DNA of 64,000 nt from Octopus bimaculoides (Eukaryota), in the NCBI RefSeq assembly GCF_001194135.2, contig NC_068981.1:58125753-58189752 (forward strand). The letters are read 5' to 3'. Position numbers and translations under genes: made by a program. The notes beneath the pieces were generated by a model, which was not told the DNA's origin, did no database searches, and saw only the letters and a program-made list of their open reading frames with translations. Positions within the stretch are counted from its first letter, which is position 1, and every line of letters begins with the position of its first letter. This document shows, piece after piece, positions 24,261 to 39,279 of the stretch.

Positions 24261-26914
24261 TTTGTTTTTACTTCTTTATTTCTCCTACCAATATTTTTAG
24301 CAAGTTAACATTGATTAAACCGTTAAAAAAAATAGTAATAAAAGAAATAAACTTTTAGCAATTAGTTTGCAAGGTTAAAAGAAAGTGGGATAAAGAAAGA
24401 CTGTATTTATTGATTATAACTTTGGGCTACAAATTGTAAGAAACATGTAAAATGGTCTGTCACAGAATAGACAGCAGCTTTGCAGAGGTAAGGGGAGATC
24501 ATGTTGAGTGATTGGGCTGGAAAGGATAGTTAGTAACTCGAAACCTTGAGTTGTCAAAGCAGATTGATATAATGATAATTCTATAGGGGAATAATCTGTG
24601 TAAAGATAAATTAAATAAATATATAAGATGCAATACATGTAAAGATCAATATGCACAACTTTGATAAATATTGCAAAAGGAATAATTTATCTTTGTAATT
24701 TTATGAATTTCTGTAGAGAGTCAGTCAGAAATTACCTTGAGCACTAATTAGAAGAATGACATCTTCCAATTATATTTTTTTAATGGAGAGAGACAGGGGC
24801 GGGGACAGAGGTTACATAGAACATAATCAGGGTTATTTGCAATGTTATAGGTATTCGTGACATTTAATTGCTTTTTAATGATAAGAGAAGATGGACAAAG
24901 ATCATAAATTTTGCAGGTTTCATTAGACTGATAAAGTTGGCAACCGGCAGCCCTAAACAGATCCAAAATAAAAACAATTTTAGTTTTTGAGTAATAATTT
25001 TAGAACTATTTCTGAAAGAACGAATGACAACTCCAAGTATGTTTTAGTCTTATGACAATACCATCAGTGAAGCATAGGCTTCACTATACTTGCTGAAGCA
25101 ATAATGGATGTATCACTAAATAAATGAACAATAATGCCTAATGGTAGGTATAAATACAGGGATTGTTCAAAGAATAAATTACTTTCAGATACCATCCATA
25201 TGAAAAACAATAGCTAAGCCACTGTTGACATATTTAATTTAAGGAGCATGATTAAAGCTAAAATGAAGTAGAGAGAGAAGTGGGGAGGAGAGAGAAAGAG
25301 AGAGAGGGAAACAGACAGACAGAAAATAGGATAGAGATAGCTGAGTAAAGAGAGAAAAAGTAGAGAGAAAGAGAGCAAAGAATGAGAACACAATAAAGTG
25401 AGAAGGCAAAATAAAGAAAGAGAAAAAGAGAGAGTAAGTAGGTAAAAAGAGAGAAAGAAAGGTTGGCATAAATGAAACAAGATAGAGAAAAAAAAGGAAG
25501 AAATCATGAAGAAATTGAAATTGGATTCTAGAAATATTAAATAGTGTTAATTTTTTTGTTGCTAATTAATTAGCTCTATTTGACATATTGAAATTCTCCA
25601 ATTTTGGCTTTAAAACTGACAGTAAATACTCTTTAGTCTCAGACTTCCTTTGAGAAATAATTTGCTTGGAAAATGTAGCAGTTTTGTATTAGTTTGACAG
25701 TAATTTCTTGGCTCTTGGAAGTCAAATTTACCTCTATTTTTTCCTTTAACACTTCCCATCAAAACAATATTTAAAGCTGATTGAATGATGTCCAAGCCAA
25801 TCATTGAAAACACTTCCCCACAAGCCTCCACATTGTGGTTTATTAACTAGAAATAACAGTCAAATCCCCCACAAACCACACTTTACCAGTCTGAAGCAGT
25901 GGACTGGCAGAGTTGTAAGAGCATTGGATAAGATACATTGTTTCATCTCTTTGCATTTTGAATTTTGGGGTTGTAGACTTAATTTGTCACCCAGTTTAAC
26001 ACCACCATTTAGTCCTCGGGTGCCTTAACAGAATTCATTCTGTTGAAAGTATTAAGGCCAGGCCACTGATCTGAGAGTAACTTCCATTCATCCTCTACAG
26101 GTCTTAAAAACTCTAGATAAAAATAACATGGGTGCAGCCATTTCGTCCTGGAGTTAAGCCAAAGAATTTTATAACTGAATCACTGTAAAATTGATAGAAA
26201 AGGTACCAATTGTATCACTACTACTACTACAACCACTACTTAAATATTGGTAAAAGTATTACAAGAAGAAAGTATGATTTGGGAATCGAAAAAAAGTGTC
26301 TAATCTTGATCCACAATTTGAAGGACTGAAAAAGTTATCTTGTTATAAAATTAGTGATTTGAGTGAAGAAATGTTTTTATATTAGTGGTATGCAGAAAAT
26401 TAGCAAGGTATCCACAGTGGCTCCTCATCAATTCATTGTGTATAATTATATCACAGTGAATGCATTGTGTATAATTTCATCACTTGGTAATTTCATTGCA
26501 AGGTAATTACATTACATGCTAATACATCATCATACTTGTATCTACAGAGTAAATACTTTGTAAGACATTATTTCAAGTTTTTATTCACAGAATAAATATG
26601 CCACATTTCATTAACAATAAAATAGAAATCCAAAACTAAAGAAATTCCATCCAACATACAGGAATTTTTTAGAAATCTTGATAAAGAGATAAGCAAACAA
26701 TATATCATAGGTGCAGAAATTTTGCATTGTAAAGAGAAATATAAAGATAGTATCCCATGGATCCATTACATCATCAATGAATATCAAAATCACAAAATAC
26801 TGGGTTAAGAGGAATTAGGGTTTAAAACAGACAAAATAAGTTTTGTCTGTTTAGAACACTTCATCCTTCCTCTAATTAAATTTTACTGCATTCAATTTTT
26901 TTTTTTTGTAGGTG

Positions 26915-27490
26915 AGTGTGCAGTTTGATGTTGGTGCCATGTAAAAAAGCACCCAGGCCTCTTAGTGGTTGACATTAGGAAGAGCATTCAGCTGTAAAAA
27001 CTATGCCAAAACAGATCTCACAATTGCTGATGTCATGTAAAAAGCATTTAGTCCACCTTGTAAGGTGGGTTAGCATTAGGAAGGGCATCCAGCCATAGAA
27101 ACCATGCCAAAACAGACAGAGAAGTCTGGTGCAGCTTTCTGGCTTGCCAGCTCCTATCAAACCATCCAACCCACGCCAGTATGTAAAATGGTTAAATGAT
27201 GATGATAATGATACCTGTAAAAAAGCACCCAGGCCACTCTGTGAAGTGGTTGGCATTAGGAAGAGCATCCAGCTATAAAAACTATGCCAAACGGACCTCA
27301 CCAATGTTGGTGTCCTGTAAAAAGCACTCAGTCTATTCTGTAAGGTGGTTGGCATTAGGAAAGTCATCCAACCATAACAACCATGCCAAAACAGACAGTG
27401 AAACCTGGTGTAGTCTTCTGGCTTGCCAGCACCTGTCAATCCATCCAACCAATGTCAGCATGGAAAACAGATATTAATAATGATGATGAT
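26915..27490 (+). mobile_element. Tandem cluster of RTE-tail/SINE fragments
   Basis: GGCATTAGGAAGGGCATCCAGC..AAACCATGCCAAAACAGA core occurs four times; two copies end in GATGAT tails. Confidence 0.78.
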
Positions 27491-30054
27491 GAAAATGTAT
27501 GACAATGAATTTACTGATTAGCTCAAGGTGTAATAACACAGCAATAAAATTATAAGTGATGTATTTACTACAATCAATTTACTGTATACGATTTACTGTT
27601 AGGTGGCTTTTAAGCTCACTCCTGTGGAGGGCTCCTCATTAGGCCTTGGGCCCAACAATGACACTTCATGCATTAAGTACATATTAAATTTTATTAAACT
27701 TGAACAATATTTTTCAAGCAATGAACAATTTTCATCAAAAAATATAATTTGTCAACTTGGAACTTATTGCAAAGCTGCATGATAAACAACAGTACCACCA
27801 CCATCACCACCACATCTGCCATATACACCATTCAGACCTCTGACGCCATCACTGTCAATACCTTTGACTTCCGCTGCTTTCCCCTCCACCACTATCACCC
27901 CTGTCTTTCACATTGCTTACTTTCACCATCATCCTTGACCACCTCAGCTACCACCACCACCATCATCACTGCTGCCTCTATCACAACTACAGCTCATACT
28001 ATTACTATCACCCCATTACGATCAGTGTTCAGTATGTTAGTTCAGCATACTGGTTCAGTGTTCAGTCTCTCTTTCTCTCGCATACCTACTCTTTCTCTCT
28101 CTCCTCTGCCACCATCAACTCTACTACTCTTAATAAAACATCAACTCTCCCTAAATTTCTTTGTCTCTCTTTCTCTCCCTCTCTTTTTCTTTCTTTCTCT
28201 CTCTGTCTTCACCACTGCCCTCACTGTCTTTATGTCTCTCACCCCAGCATGAGGAATAGTAGAAGTGTCACTGAATAGTGAGAGAGAGAGAGGGTTAAAG
28301 TGCGACACACTGACACACAGAAATTAGTTTTTGCATTTATTATATTAGATGATATATGATATTTAGTTTGGCTCTTTACAATCTTAAAAGGGCAAAGTTA
28401 ACTTTAATAGGATTTGAACTATCCTTTTCAGTGTCTGTAAAGTAAAATATCAGCCAAATTTTAGAGTAAATTTGATCGACTAACCCTTCACTCCAGAATT
28501 TCGAGCATTATGTCTCTTTTATAAGCAATTAAAGAGAAAGAGAGAGAAAGAGGTGGGGCAAAGTGATTGCAGATGATTTATAGCAATCTCTAAATAGTGA
28601 GATGTATATTATCTGTTAAATGTGCAATATTACATTAAGATTAAGATTTAGTTCAAGTAAGCTAAGAAAGAAAAATATGCCATTGACCAATCAAGATGGC
28701 TATGCAGAAATAGAGATTATAGAAATAGATGCAACATGTTGATTTTTCTAACTAATGATGAAGATAGCTGTGGTAGCATTAAACAAGGAAAATATAACCT
28801 TGAATATAGTCAAGCTCTAAGAATGACAAAGCTAAGTGGTTAAGAAGTTCACATTGAAATCATGAAGTCCCAAGCTTGATCCCATTGCATAGCATCTTGG
28901 GCAATTGTTTTACCATAGCCTCAGATCAATCCAAGCCATACAAGTGAAATTGGGTAGAAAGAAACTGTAAGGAAACCTGTTAGCTAGACTGAACCTGTAA
29001 TTCAAAGATTCAACTTTATCACAAATTGTGTTGTACTGATTCAGCTTGGGAATAGCATTCAGGGTGCATGTGTCTGCAAAATACTCAACCACTTACATGT
29101 TAATTTAATGAGTCAAATGCTCAGTTGATTGAATGACAATGTTTACCATCAAAATTGATGGGGGATCCATCACACATTAAGACAAAATATGTATAAAGCA
29201 GCTGATGATCACAATGATGATAACGATGCTTACATTGATATTATAATAAAACTTTGTGGAAAACTTCAGACATATATAATGAAATTGGTAAGTGTTTTAT
29301 TCAAATAAACCTCCCAATAGGTTCCTATGAAACATTATGCTTAACTACACTGTTCTAAATTGTAGCTTTAATCTTACATTCTTTCTCCTCCTCCTCAAAT
29401 TACATATACCATAGCCTCAGATCAATCCAAGCCATACAAGTGAAATTGGGTAGAAAGAAACTGTAAGGAAGCCTGTTAGCTAGACTGAAACTGTAATTCA
29501 TTCTACAATTCACCAACTTACTGTAAACCTGAAGTGTATATTCTCTATTCTGTAACAAGAAAAATGGTATCTCCTCTGTTTCATACTTAATTCTCATAGA
29601 TTTGTTACTTATGATATTTATAATTTTGCTTAACTGTAAAAGGTGTTACATATTTGTAAAGTCTGATATTTATTTTAAAATCTTAATTCCTTGTAGAGTT
29701 TGAAAATCACACTTAGAAAAACAAAATTCAGATCCAACATTTCAATCTAATCAATTTTAAATCAATAACTCCCCAAAATATATTAATCAAATAACTGAAA
29801 TTTGTCACAAATTTGGTCATATTGACATGAAAACTAATGTTTAGATTGCTCATTAAGAAAGCAATCATTCCATTGATTCTATTCTCTTGAGAAATATCTA
29901 CAAAGATTGTACTTCATACCAGAAAGAAAAACAAATAATAATTGGTGAATACAAGATCTGAAGAACACTGGCTCTTGATGTATTTCAAGCTATTTGAATT
30001 CCTTAATCCACACTGATGGGGATGTGATAAAAATCCAATTCTAAATTCATTTAA

Positions 30055-30275
30055 CCCTTTAGCATTTAAATCAGTATATCTAGCTCAAATATTCTACATG
30101 TTTTTTATGTTCAAACCAGACAGATTCAGCCTCTCACACTCATCCTACAATGTCATTCTAAAAAATAAACAATCATCTTTGAAATCTCAAAGCTATGAGA
30201 TGATGCATGATTAATTCAAAGCAATGTGAATAAAATAGGCATTCTATTTGACTAAGTAATCTGAATGCTAAAGGG
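30055..30275. mobile_element. 221-bp piggyBac-type MITE
   Basis: TTAA|CCCTTTAGCATT ... AATGCTAAAGGG|CTAA: perfect 12-bp TIR, TTAA TSD with one change. Confidence 0.8.
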
Positions 30276-31689
30276 CTAAACAAAATCCCTCCTTTTGAAT
30301 AGCCACAATGTCAATTTTTTATAAACCTAAAGTACAGTTGACAATATTAATCTCAATATCGTACTGATACTTTACTAGCATTTAATCCAGCCCTGTTTCA
30401 GAATTCTCCATTATTTTAGCTTATAATTAGGTTAAATCTTTATTCATCAACAAATTTAATGAGTTTATGTAACAGGAAAAGAAACAAGATAGTCTTGACT
30501 CAAAGGAAATCTAAATCAGATATGTCATCAGAATTTTTTACACATTTAAATAATGATTTATATAAATTTCAAACTGAAAAAATATTCCATGCATTAAGAT
30601 TTGAAGCTACAATGAAAATATTTTTTATGTGTCTCAACACAAGAAACTAGCTGTGGACAGCGAAACTCTTAGATTAACAGCTACTGTTGCTACCTGAAAA
30701 ATTGTCTTAATATTTCAGTGGTTTTCAGAAACCTCCAAAGTTGAGTTTGTTTCCAACTAAGTTTCATTAGTACTTCCTATTATGACAAGCTACACCATAA
30801 AATGTTGTGCTTATCAGAATATCAACAATGTTAGCATTTACTATGTAATACATTCCCATTGAGTAGTAAATATCAAACTTAAGACACTATGCTTGAAATA
30901 ACAATGTCCAAGATGAAGTGCAAAACTTAACCAGAAATTTTACCAGACTTAAGGGCCCACTATGTCCACTACTAAGAAGATTATCAGCTAAAAATATACT
31001 TTGCTAGTGTGGCAATCTACTGAGCATGTGTGAGGTGAGTAAATAGAAAAAAATGTACTTATTTTCCCAGTGGATAACACCTGCTCCTAAAGACATTCAA
31101 ATAAATATGGAATAAACAATTAGTGAACTAGAGCATCCTGTCAGTGATGTTAAACCAGTAGAAGACCAAGAGGAATACAGGAAGGAGCTGTAACTATCAT
31201 ATGTCATTTTTAATGAAATTAAACTGACATAACAACAAAGAATAACTGGAAAATCACAATAATAATAAATGCAAAGAAGCATAATCACATGCCTTTATTT
31301 TTGAGATTGTTTTATCTAGATCTAAGTAAGGCAATCCTTTCCCTACAGATGAAATTTTACCTCGAAATAAATTTGAAACTACTCACTGACAAAGTTTTCT
31401 AAAAAACTGATTTAAGCCAAAACACTAATTTGATATAAGCTGCATTCAACACTCCATTATGTATAAACAAATGTCTATAGTTATATTACTTCTCTTGAGA
31501 ATTATCATGTGTCATAAATCATAGAAACTGCTGGCATAACAGCACATCCTTATTATGGCCAATTAACATTTAATGGTTCACTTGCTTGGTTTATTAAAGA
31601 TTTTAAATCAATATTGTAAAGTGCCTGAAAGTAACTCTTCTTGCAATGACTGGTATTAATAAAAGAAGCACTACTGCTGATAGTTGTTT

Positions 31690-31980
31690 GTCAATGAAAA
31701 AAATGGACAGATAATTTCTTTTTTCTAAGAAGTAAATGAGAATTGTACACAGATGTGGTGGCAGATTACAATCTTGAATGCCACTATTTGACCAAGCATC
31801 AGGAACACAAAGAACTGAAAGGATTTCTGTATTTAGACAAGTTGACTTTCTTAAAAGACTATGCAAGCAGCATTCAAAAGACATTAAAAAAGAAATACCT
31901 CTGCAACATGATTCAGTCATGAAGTGTGTTAGTTAATTGCAAAGAAAACATTAACTTAATGACTGTAATTATAAAAGATT
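31690..31980 (+). mobile_element. hAT transposase N-terminal remnant (SPIN/Buster/GTF2IRD2-like)
   Basis: Frameshifted KWTDNFFF ... DYNLECHYLTKH..ELKG..DKLTFLK resembles the YNL.RHY.TKH zinc-finger motif. Confidence 0.6.
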
Positions 31981-32391
31981 CATTAAGTGGTTCTGTTTCT
32001 TTTTTTTTAAACAGAATGGGTTTTATTATCTTGATATTATAAAATAATTCTGTGGCAACATTTTGTTCCCATTATATTATATATAAAGCAAGTATTTCAA
32101 ACAACAATGGCTAATTCAAAATAAATTTGCTCTCAAATTAACTGTGTATATGTCATTATTTACAATATTAAGGGTAGAATTGTTAGAGTCTGAAAGAAAA
32201 AGCTGTATGATAGTTAGTTGCAGCTCTAACAGAGTGAGTTCAAATCCATCTGAGGTCAACCATGATATTCATCTTTCTGGGATCAATAAAATAAAGTATC
32301 AGTCAAATGTAGTTTGTAAGAAAACACACCCAACTCAGTAGAACTAAGTTCTGGAAGCACTGTGTGTATGTGTGCATGCACACGCGCGTGT

Positions 32392-32429
<38 letters not shown>

Positions 32430-34716
32430 ATAAATGAGCCCTTTACCCAATTTCCTTCTTAAGACACTCCCACCATCCTTCAGATCTCTAACTGCAACTT
32501 TTCCTCAATACCATTAATCTTTTTCACAACCTGGAACCATTTCACTCAATATCCATCCCTCTTTCTTAATATTGTCCTTTCTACCTACATTTTAAAATAA
32601 CGCCTCCCTCTGAGCCACTAAATTAAACTACCTCTCCTCCTCAGCACCTCACATCTCTCTCTCACTCTCTCAATCAATCACCCTTTCCCAGTCTACTGTA
32701 TCATCATCATTATTCTGCTACCACTCACTCACATGCATCATTGGTCATCCCCCACCTATCTACAATTCATTACATCCATCCTTTAACCCTATCCAGTCTG
32801 CAGTTGTCACCTATTCTTCTCTGCTTATCATCCACTCAACACTTGTTCATTATATACACCCTCTCACCAATTCCACATCTCTAGCCATCTCTCATTCTTG
32901 AATACATTCTTGCAACCTCTACTCACTTCTACTCTTGGCTCTTCCCCCATTCACTTCTATGTACCACATTGAAGGACTACACAGATGCTTCATTATTTCA
33001 TCTCTTCCCTGTTCCTCCCTGGTCACTCCCACCTCTTTTAAAATGTGGGTAACCATGTAGCTGCTCACAGCAAGAAACCTGCTCTGTTCTGGCCCTTTCT
33101 CTCATATTTTATCTCATCTCTTACCATAAAGCTGCCTTTCTTGGGGTTTATAGTCTTGCAAGCTTCATGTGACCTCACTCATGCTGGGATCAGAAAAAGG
33201 TATCCAGTACACACTATAAAATGGTTGGTATTATGAAATACACCCATCCATAGAAACCATGTGAAAGTAAACTGGAGCATGATGCAGTCCTTGGACATAA
33301 TAGATCCAGTCAAACTATTCGATCTATGACAGCATGGAACGTGAACATTAAATTATGATAATGTTTTTAAATATTGCTTTATGTTCAAATAACAATAACA
33401 AAAAACAATAATGTTACATTACTTATTTATGAACTAATGATGAGCAGATACTAAAATCAAACAGTCTTTAGTTCCATTAACAACACAGTAATTAAGAAAT
33501 ATTTTATATTGATCTTTAAATTTGGAGTGGTAGAAAGAAAAACAAAATTAGTATTTTTTCATAAAAAACTAAGCCTGCTTCCAATTTTCTTCTCAACTTC
33601 AGAGTCTTAAAGATTATAATTGAAAGAAAAGAAAACTACAAATCCAAAATTAATAAATCTACCCTACTAGGGAGTGAATTTAACAAACATTAAAAACAAA
33701 ATGTACACACTCAGAATAGCTGTACTCCAATAATGCCATTAATCCAAAACAGTAAGTTCCTCTGCACTTATTAATGGGATGAACATAACCAATGATACTA
33801 AGAGCTCAAGAGCTGTCAGGCTATAACTGAGTGCACTTGGTCAACTTCTGCTGAAACCATTAATAGACTTAAAGGAAAAAAAATCAATATATTCAAACTC
33901 ATTGTACCCCATATGATATAACAATATGTGTTTAAATATGAAGAGGACTACTATATTTGGAATGATGGATCTGTGGATAACACTTAATGCTATAAGCTTG
34001 TCTCAGCTGAACAACTATATTTCTCTTTTTTTTTCATTAAAATTATTTCTTTTTACTTAATTTCCAATTTAACCATTGTATTTGTAAATGTCTTCATACT
34101 ATCACACAGTCATACATTATCTGCACCATCTCAAGATTATGTGTAAGATTAGTGCATGCTGCACTGACCAGAAAGAATTTCAAACATTGCAACAATATCC
34201 TCTCTCTCCAATATCTATTGGAGATAGTACAGCCATTACATTATATTCCTTAGTAAAGTAGATTATTTATTTCAATTTGCTTGGTTGGTAACAAATTCCA
34301 CTTTTGCTTCCCAATTCAGTAAATACTAGAGAGAAGAACATTCGGATGTAAACTGTAAATTACGAACAATATTTAATATTACTAAACAGATTTCAAATTA
34401 TCCTTACATCTCATTGGTTTTGAAAGTATTGGCTCACACACATACACATGAAATATGGAACTTTGATTTATATCCTTTAAAGAGCAATACCATCACTGTC
34501 CTGCAAAAATTCAGATCAGACTTGCTCCTCATAATGTCCAGTATTTAATTAATCTTGATTAATTAAAATTTCATGGTTATCTTCCTGTCATTTTTGGCCA
34601 AAATTAGCCAATTAGACGATGACTGTTCTCATCACAGTGTAAATTTAATTAAAATTTCTTGTCTTATTCTATCAAGTAAGTTAGTTCCTACTTTATTAAA
34701 ACTAAATACATGTGTA

Positions 34717-34717
<1 letters not shown>

Positions 34718-34802
<85 letters not shown>
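34718..34802. repeat. (TG)n microsatellite
   Basis: Directly visible. Confidence 0.98.
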
Positions 34803-34805
<3 letters not shown>

Positions 34806-37274
34806 ATACAAAATCAAATGTGAAAGCAGACACGTGAAATAATAGCTATAATGACAAATTATTAGAAAACATTTGCTAATATTTAGTACATCACCAGCTA
34901 ACTGAATTATTGATTAATTATAATGACTAATTAAACAATATTGATTGAACATATATTGATAATAGAAATCTGTAAAGAAACGCAAATCTAACAGTAAAAA
35001 TATAATATAATTATGAGAATATATTTTAATGTCTGAATGTGTGAATGTAACATTTTGTTTGAATTTATATATGAATGCTTTCATATATTTAGTTAGTGTT
35101 GAACAATTAACTGTTCCTAAGCCTGTGTTTGGTTTATGAAAAAAAGCATATTTTTTCATGATTTATCTTAAATGGCAAGCCCATAAAGTCAACACATGTA
35201 TTTCTTCATCAAAGTCTGCAGATAATTTTTGATTTCCAGCTATAACCATTTTACTTTATTTATACAACTAATGTCTTTAGAAAAGCATGGACCTCTAAGT
35301 ATCCCATCTTCACTGCCTTATAAATCAAAAGCTTTGAACACTGCAAAAAATTATTTCACATAAGTATGTAATATACTTATTTTCTGTAAAGTTTTTATAC
35401 ATATATGAAGTCACACATATGAACTCAGGTCTAACTAGAGATATAGCAAACAAAAATACAGTAATGCATCTGATATACAGAGATATACATTATCTGTGTA
35501 TGTGATAAAAAGATCCACCTACACATATAGTCTTATTTATTAACATACACATGCATTAAATCACATACAACCACACCTATATACACACATATCATAATCA
35601 CTGTTCAATGCAGCATTATTGATTGTACTTTATCATGCCATTTTCATGTTAACAATTTTCTCTCTTCAACTATTTAAACTTCCTATTATTTCTGTGCTGG
35701 AACAGTGTTTACAGTTGTACTGTGCCAGGCAACCAACAGGAAACTCTTCAACAACTTTGCTTAGCTAACAAGATTCAAAACAGGGTGTGGTGATGTGAGA
35801 AAAATAAAATACCTGACAAAGCTTATTAATGATGCTCTTCATTTCAGACACCAAATGTATACAGTCCACACTTGCACATGTCTGGTTGTCACTCTATTGA
35901 AGATATCATTATCTAGGCAATGGCAGACATTCTTCTGTTTAATATAAATCTATTTTATATTTTTCATTGAAAAAAAATTCCATTACAACTGTTTCCACGG
36001 ATTTAGACAAGACTTTCACACTTTAAACTACCATTCAATAATAATCATAAAGAGACATATTGGCACATTGTTGCAAAGCACACTGTAATCTATTGAAGTA
36101 GCCTCTACATGGTCACTTTGTCTCGTAGAAATAGTAGCAAAATATTCCTCAAACCACACCTTATTGCTCATACTGTCCTATATTACAACATCTAATATTA
36201 TTCACTGCATATCAAAGTGTGTATTGTGGTCTTCAATTTAGCAGAATTAATATATATTTGGAACAACAGATGAGTGAGTTGCATTTAGTCACTCAGTTGA
36301 CAGCCTGCAAACTACTGGTGTGCTCAATCAGAGCTGACTGGGGGCCACAACAGCAATATGGCTATCTGTTGCTACAAATAAACAACGAGACTGAAAATTA
36401 AGGTAATAAACTGAATTATAGAGAAAAGTAAAGAAGTCTATCCATTCAAAATAACATATTTATACAACTTCATGGTATATGATAAATATGTTATTTTTCA
36501 CATTACAATATCTAAAACATCATTATATATTGAATACTAACATATTAAGGTCAAACTTGACTTCTTAACATAATGGTTAATATGCTATGTCAGACACAAC
36601 CATACATACACACATGAAAGTTGCATGGTAACAAAGATAATGTACTATAACATTAACCAATGAAAAAACTGGTGTGAATCCAATCTGTATCTTGTTTCCA
36701 CCAATTTTTTTTAACCTGTTTTCACATTCTTAAAAGGCATCTTTGAATAAAAATCAATAAGTTTATTTGCATAAAAGATGTTTGTAAATTTATGTGGACA
36801 AGTGTATGCGTACATGCACATGAATAAGCTAATTTCCTGTTGTATGATCTAATGTAAATGTGAAAGCATAACCCTCACTATGGGCAAATCAGCAGACTGA
36901 TATTTTAGCCATTTAAATACCCATAATACTATGAAGTTATTGAGTAAACAAAAGAGGTTTTGTGCAGTACTTGAACAGCTAGAGTTAGCAGCTAAAATTT
37001 CCCCACCGATCACATCCTGTCATCTTAAGAAAGCAAAAAGGTATGTTGGATAAAATGTTGAATAAAATGGAATCGTTACATCTAGAATGTTTATGGTGAG
37101 AGCTCAGTCAGCTGACCTGAGATTAAATAATGAACTATTTTGAAATTGGAGAAGCCACAAATAACAGCATTTATTTAATAGATTTCAAGTAATAAAATAC
37201 AGCAGAAATATATGTGTGACTCCATAGTTAATGCCTTTATAATACCATTGTTGTTAAATATGTGGATGCATTAA

Positions 37275-37536
37275 CCCTTTAACTGGAGGAATTAAATATC
37301 ATGATTATTCCAGTGATGATATTAAATATACATTGTTATATTAAATATACATATGAATAATAGAATTGGTATTTTCTGAAAGTCACATTGCCTCAGTAAA
37401 CTTGACATATTTCAACAAAAAGTAGTTTCAAACATGACATTCCTTCACAAAAGATAGATTAGTATAGAAAACTACTTTCTGCAATTAAAGGTAATGAAAT
37501 TTTGAGTGAATGTATTTAATTTTCACAGTAAAAGGG
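37275..37536. mobile_element. 262-bp piggyBac-type MITE
   Basis: TTAA|CCCTTTAACTG ... CAGTAAAAGGG|TTAA: 11-bp TIR with one mismatch, intact TTAA TSD. Confidence 0.75.
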
Positions 37537-38089
37537 TTAATATAACAATGACAAACTGATGAAAATAAGAAAACATAACTTCAAGAGTGATTTAATGACT
37601 TAAAAGGTCTGGAGGTGGCTAATCTGAAGAAAAAAAAATCATATTTTCAGATTTACTTTGTTACAATAATAAAGAGCTAATATTTTATTATTAAATCTAT
37701 ACAGAAAAAAAATCACTACTATGTATCTAAAATTTATTACTGAAGATAATAATTTTCCCAACTATTTTATCTTTATGTTTAGATTGTACATATGTAATAT
37801 TATATCTACACTATGATCTACATAGTTCACTCTCTAGTTGTAATGTTCCTGTATATAGGATCTGGTAGGAAAAAAAAACTTTAAAAAATCAAATTTATTG
37901 CTTTACTTGCAATTTAATCAAACTTATCTCCTGCAAAATACTTCCCTCCCTTTATTGATATACTGTCCCTAATGATTTTCTAATTTCAGAATAAGTACTG
38001 CTATGTGCTTTCAGGGTAAGTTTGCAGTTAAGGGAATAAATTTTCCAAAATCTCTTCTTTCAGAAGGAATTTCAATTAGTGGGTGGAGA

Positions 38090-38270
38090 AGAGCCAACAG
38101 GGACCAAATAGCCATCTGGAGAGTGGAATGTCAGGGAGTCATTCTTGAGTGTGTTTAACCTCAGTGAGGAATATCTGTGAAGTGTAAAGTTACTTATGAA
38201 CACAGCTGCAACATCATGTCTGTTGCAAATTCTCTGAATTTCATTCACAGAGGCTCTTCTAGTAAAATAG
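38090..38270 (-). mobile_element. Possible old Penelope-like linker remnant
   Basis: NEIQRICNRHDVAAVFISNFTLHRY resembles the E.I.RI...H.I...F....TL motif that precedes GIY-YIG. Confidence 0.4.
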
Positions 38271-38889
38271 AGAGAGAGAGAGAATGAGAGTGAAGTCTGA
38301 TTTAATACTACTGTGCGCTTGAGAGTGGATGTAGGTTTTAGTTGATACATTGAACACACTGTTATACAGAAATGTTTTGTGAGGTGGTTCATTTCTTCTT
38401 TATAAGTATAGATTATTTGTACTTGAAGTTGCAGGCACTTAATTTTTCTGTTCTTTGATGTACTGGTGTAAAGGACAAAAATAGTTGTCACAACATTTGT
38501 GTATCAACACTAACAACTATCAAACCAATAATTAAGATAAACTCTCTTTAGCCTACAGTCTCATTAGGCTGGCACGAATCTTGTTTCTGTGGAGTTGAGA
38601 GACAGAGTACAAAAAAATCACTCTGGAGAGGATACCAGTCAGTCAGTCACAAAGTTAATTCCCAGCTGTTGTTGCTGCAAGTGAAACTCATTTTCAGCTG
38701 AGGAATTGAAGTTCAAGAACACAACACTGCCTAATTTGAAATCAAATTCATGCTATTAGGCTTGTGAATGCAACATCATAAGCTGTAGGTCATGTGCCTT
38801 CTGCCAGTCATAGAAATAACTATGAGTACCACATAAGTACCAAAGACGTAGCTATCAGTACTACATTCCACACAGAATGAACATACAAA

Positions 38890-38999
38890 GGAAAAGTAAG
38901 AAAAAGAAAATAGAAAGAGTAATAAAAAAAAAAGAAAAAGGAGAAAGAAAAAAACAAGAGAAAAATAGAAAGTAGAAGAAAAGAAAAAAGAGAGAAAAT

Positions 39000-39060
<61 letters not shown>

Positions 39061-39130
39061 AAAAGAAAGAAAGAAAGAAAGAAAGAAAAAGAAAGAAAGA
39101 AAGAAAGAAAGAAAGAAAAAGAAAGAAAAG
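38890..39130. repeat. (AAAG)n microsatellite / A-rich tract
   Basis: Directly visible; produces the KERK and FFLS ORFs. Confidence 0.97.
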
Positions 39131-39279
39131 GAATGGTGAAGAATAAAAAAGTGGTTTTTAAGTATAATATACAGTACCATGCAATGCCAGTGTTTTTCAA
39201 GAGGACCATTTTTAGTTTAAAGCTTGTGACATCCAATAACATGATATATGATAATGAAGCTAAGAAATATATCATCATC

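Noticed and set aside
24738-24966. 72-aa Cys-containing minus-strand ORF with plausible splice sites
   Set aside because: Stops before the donor, is unrelated to NCS, and this length is expected by chance.
27749-28278. 167-aa and 121-aa Thr/His/Ser-rich ORFs
   Set aside because: Explained by CAC/ACC and CT low-complexity tracts.
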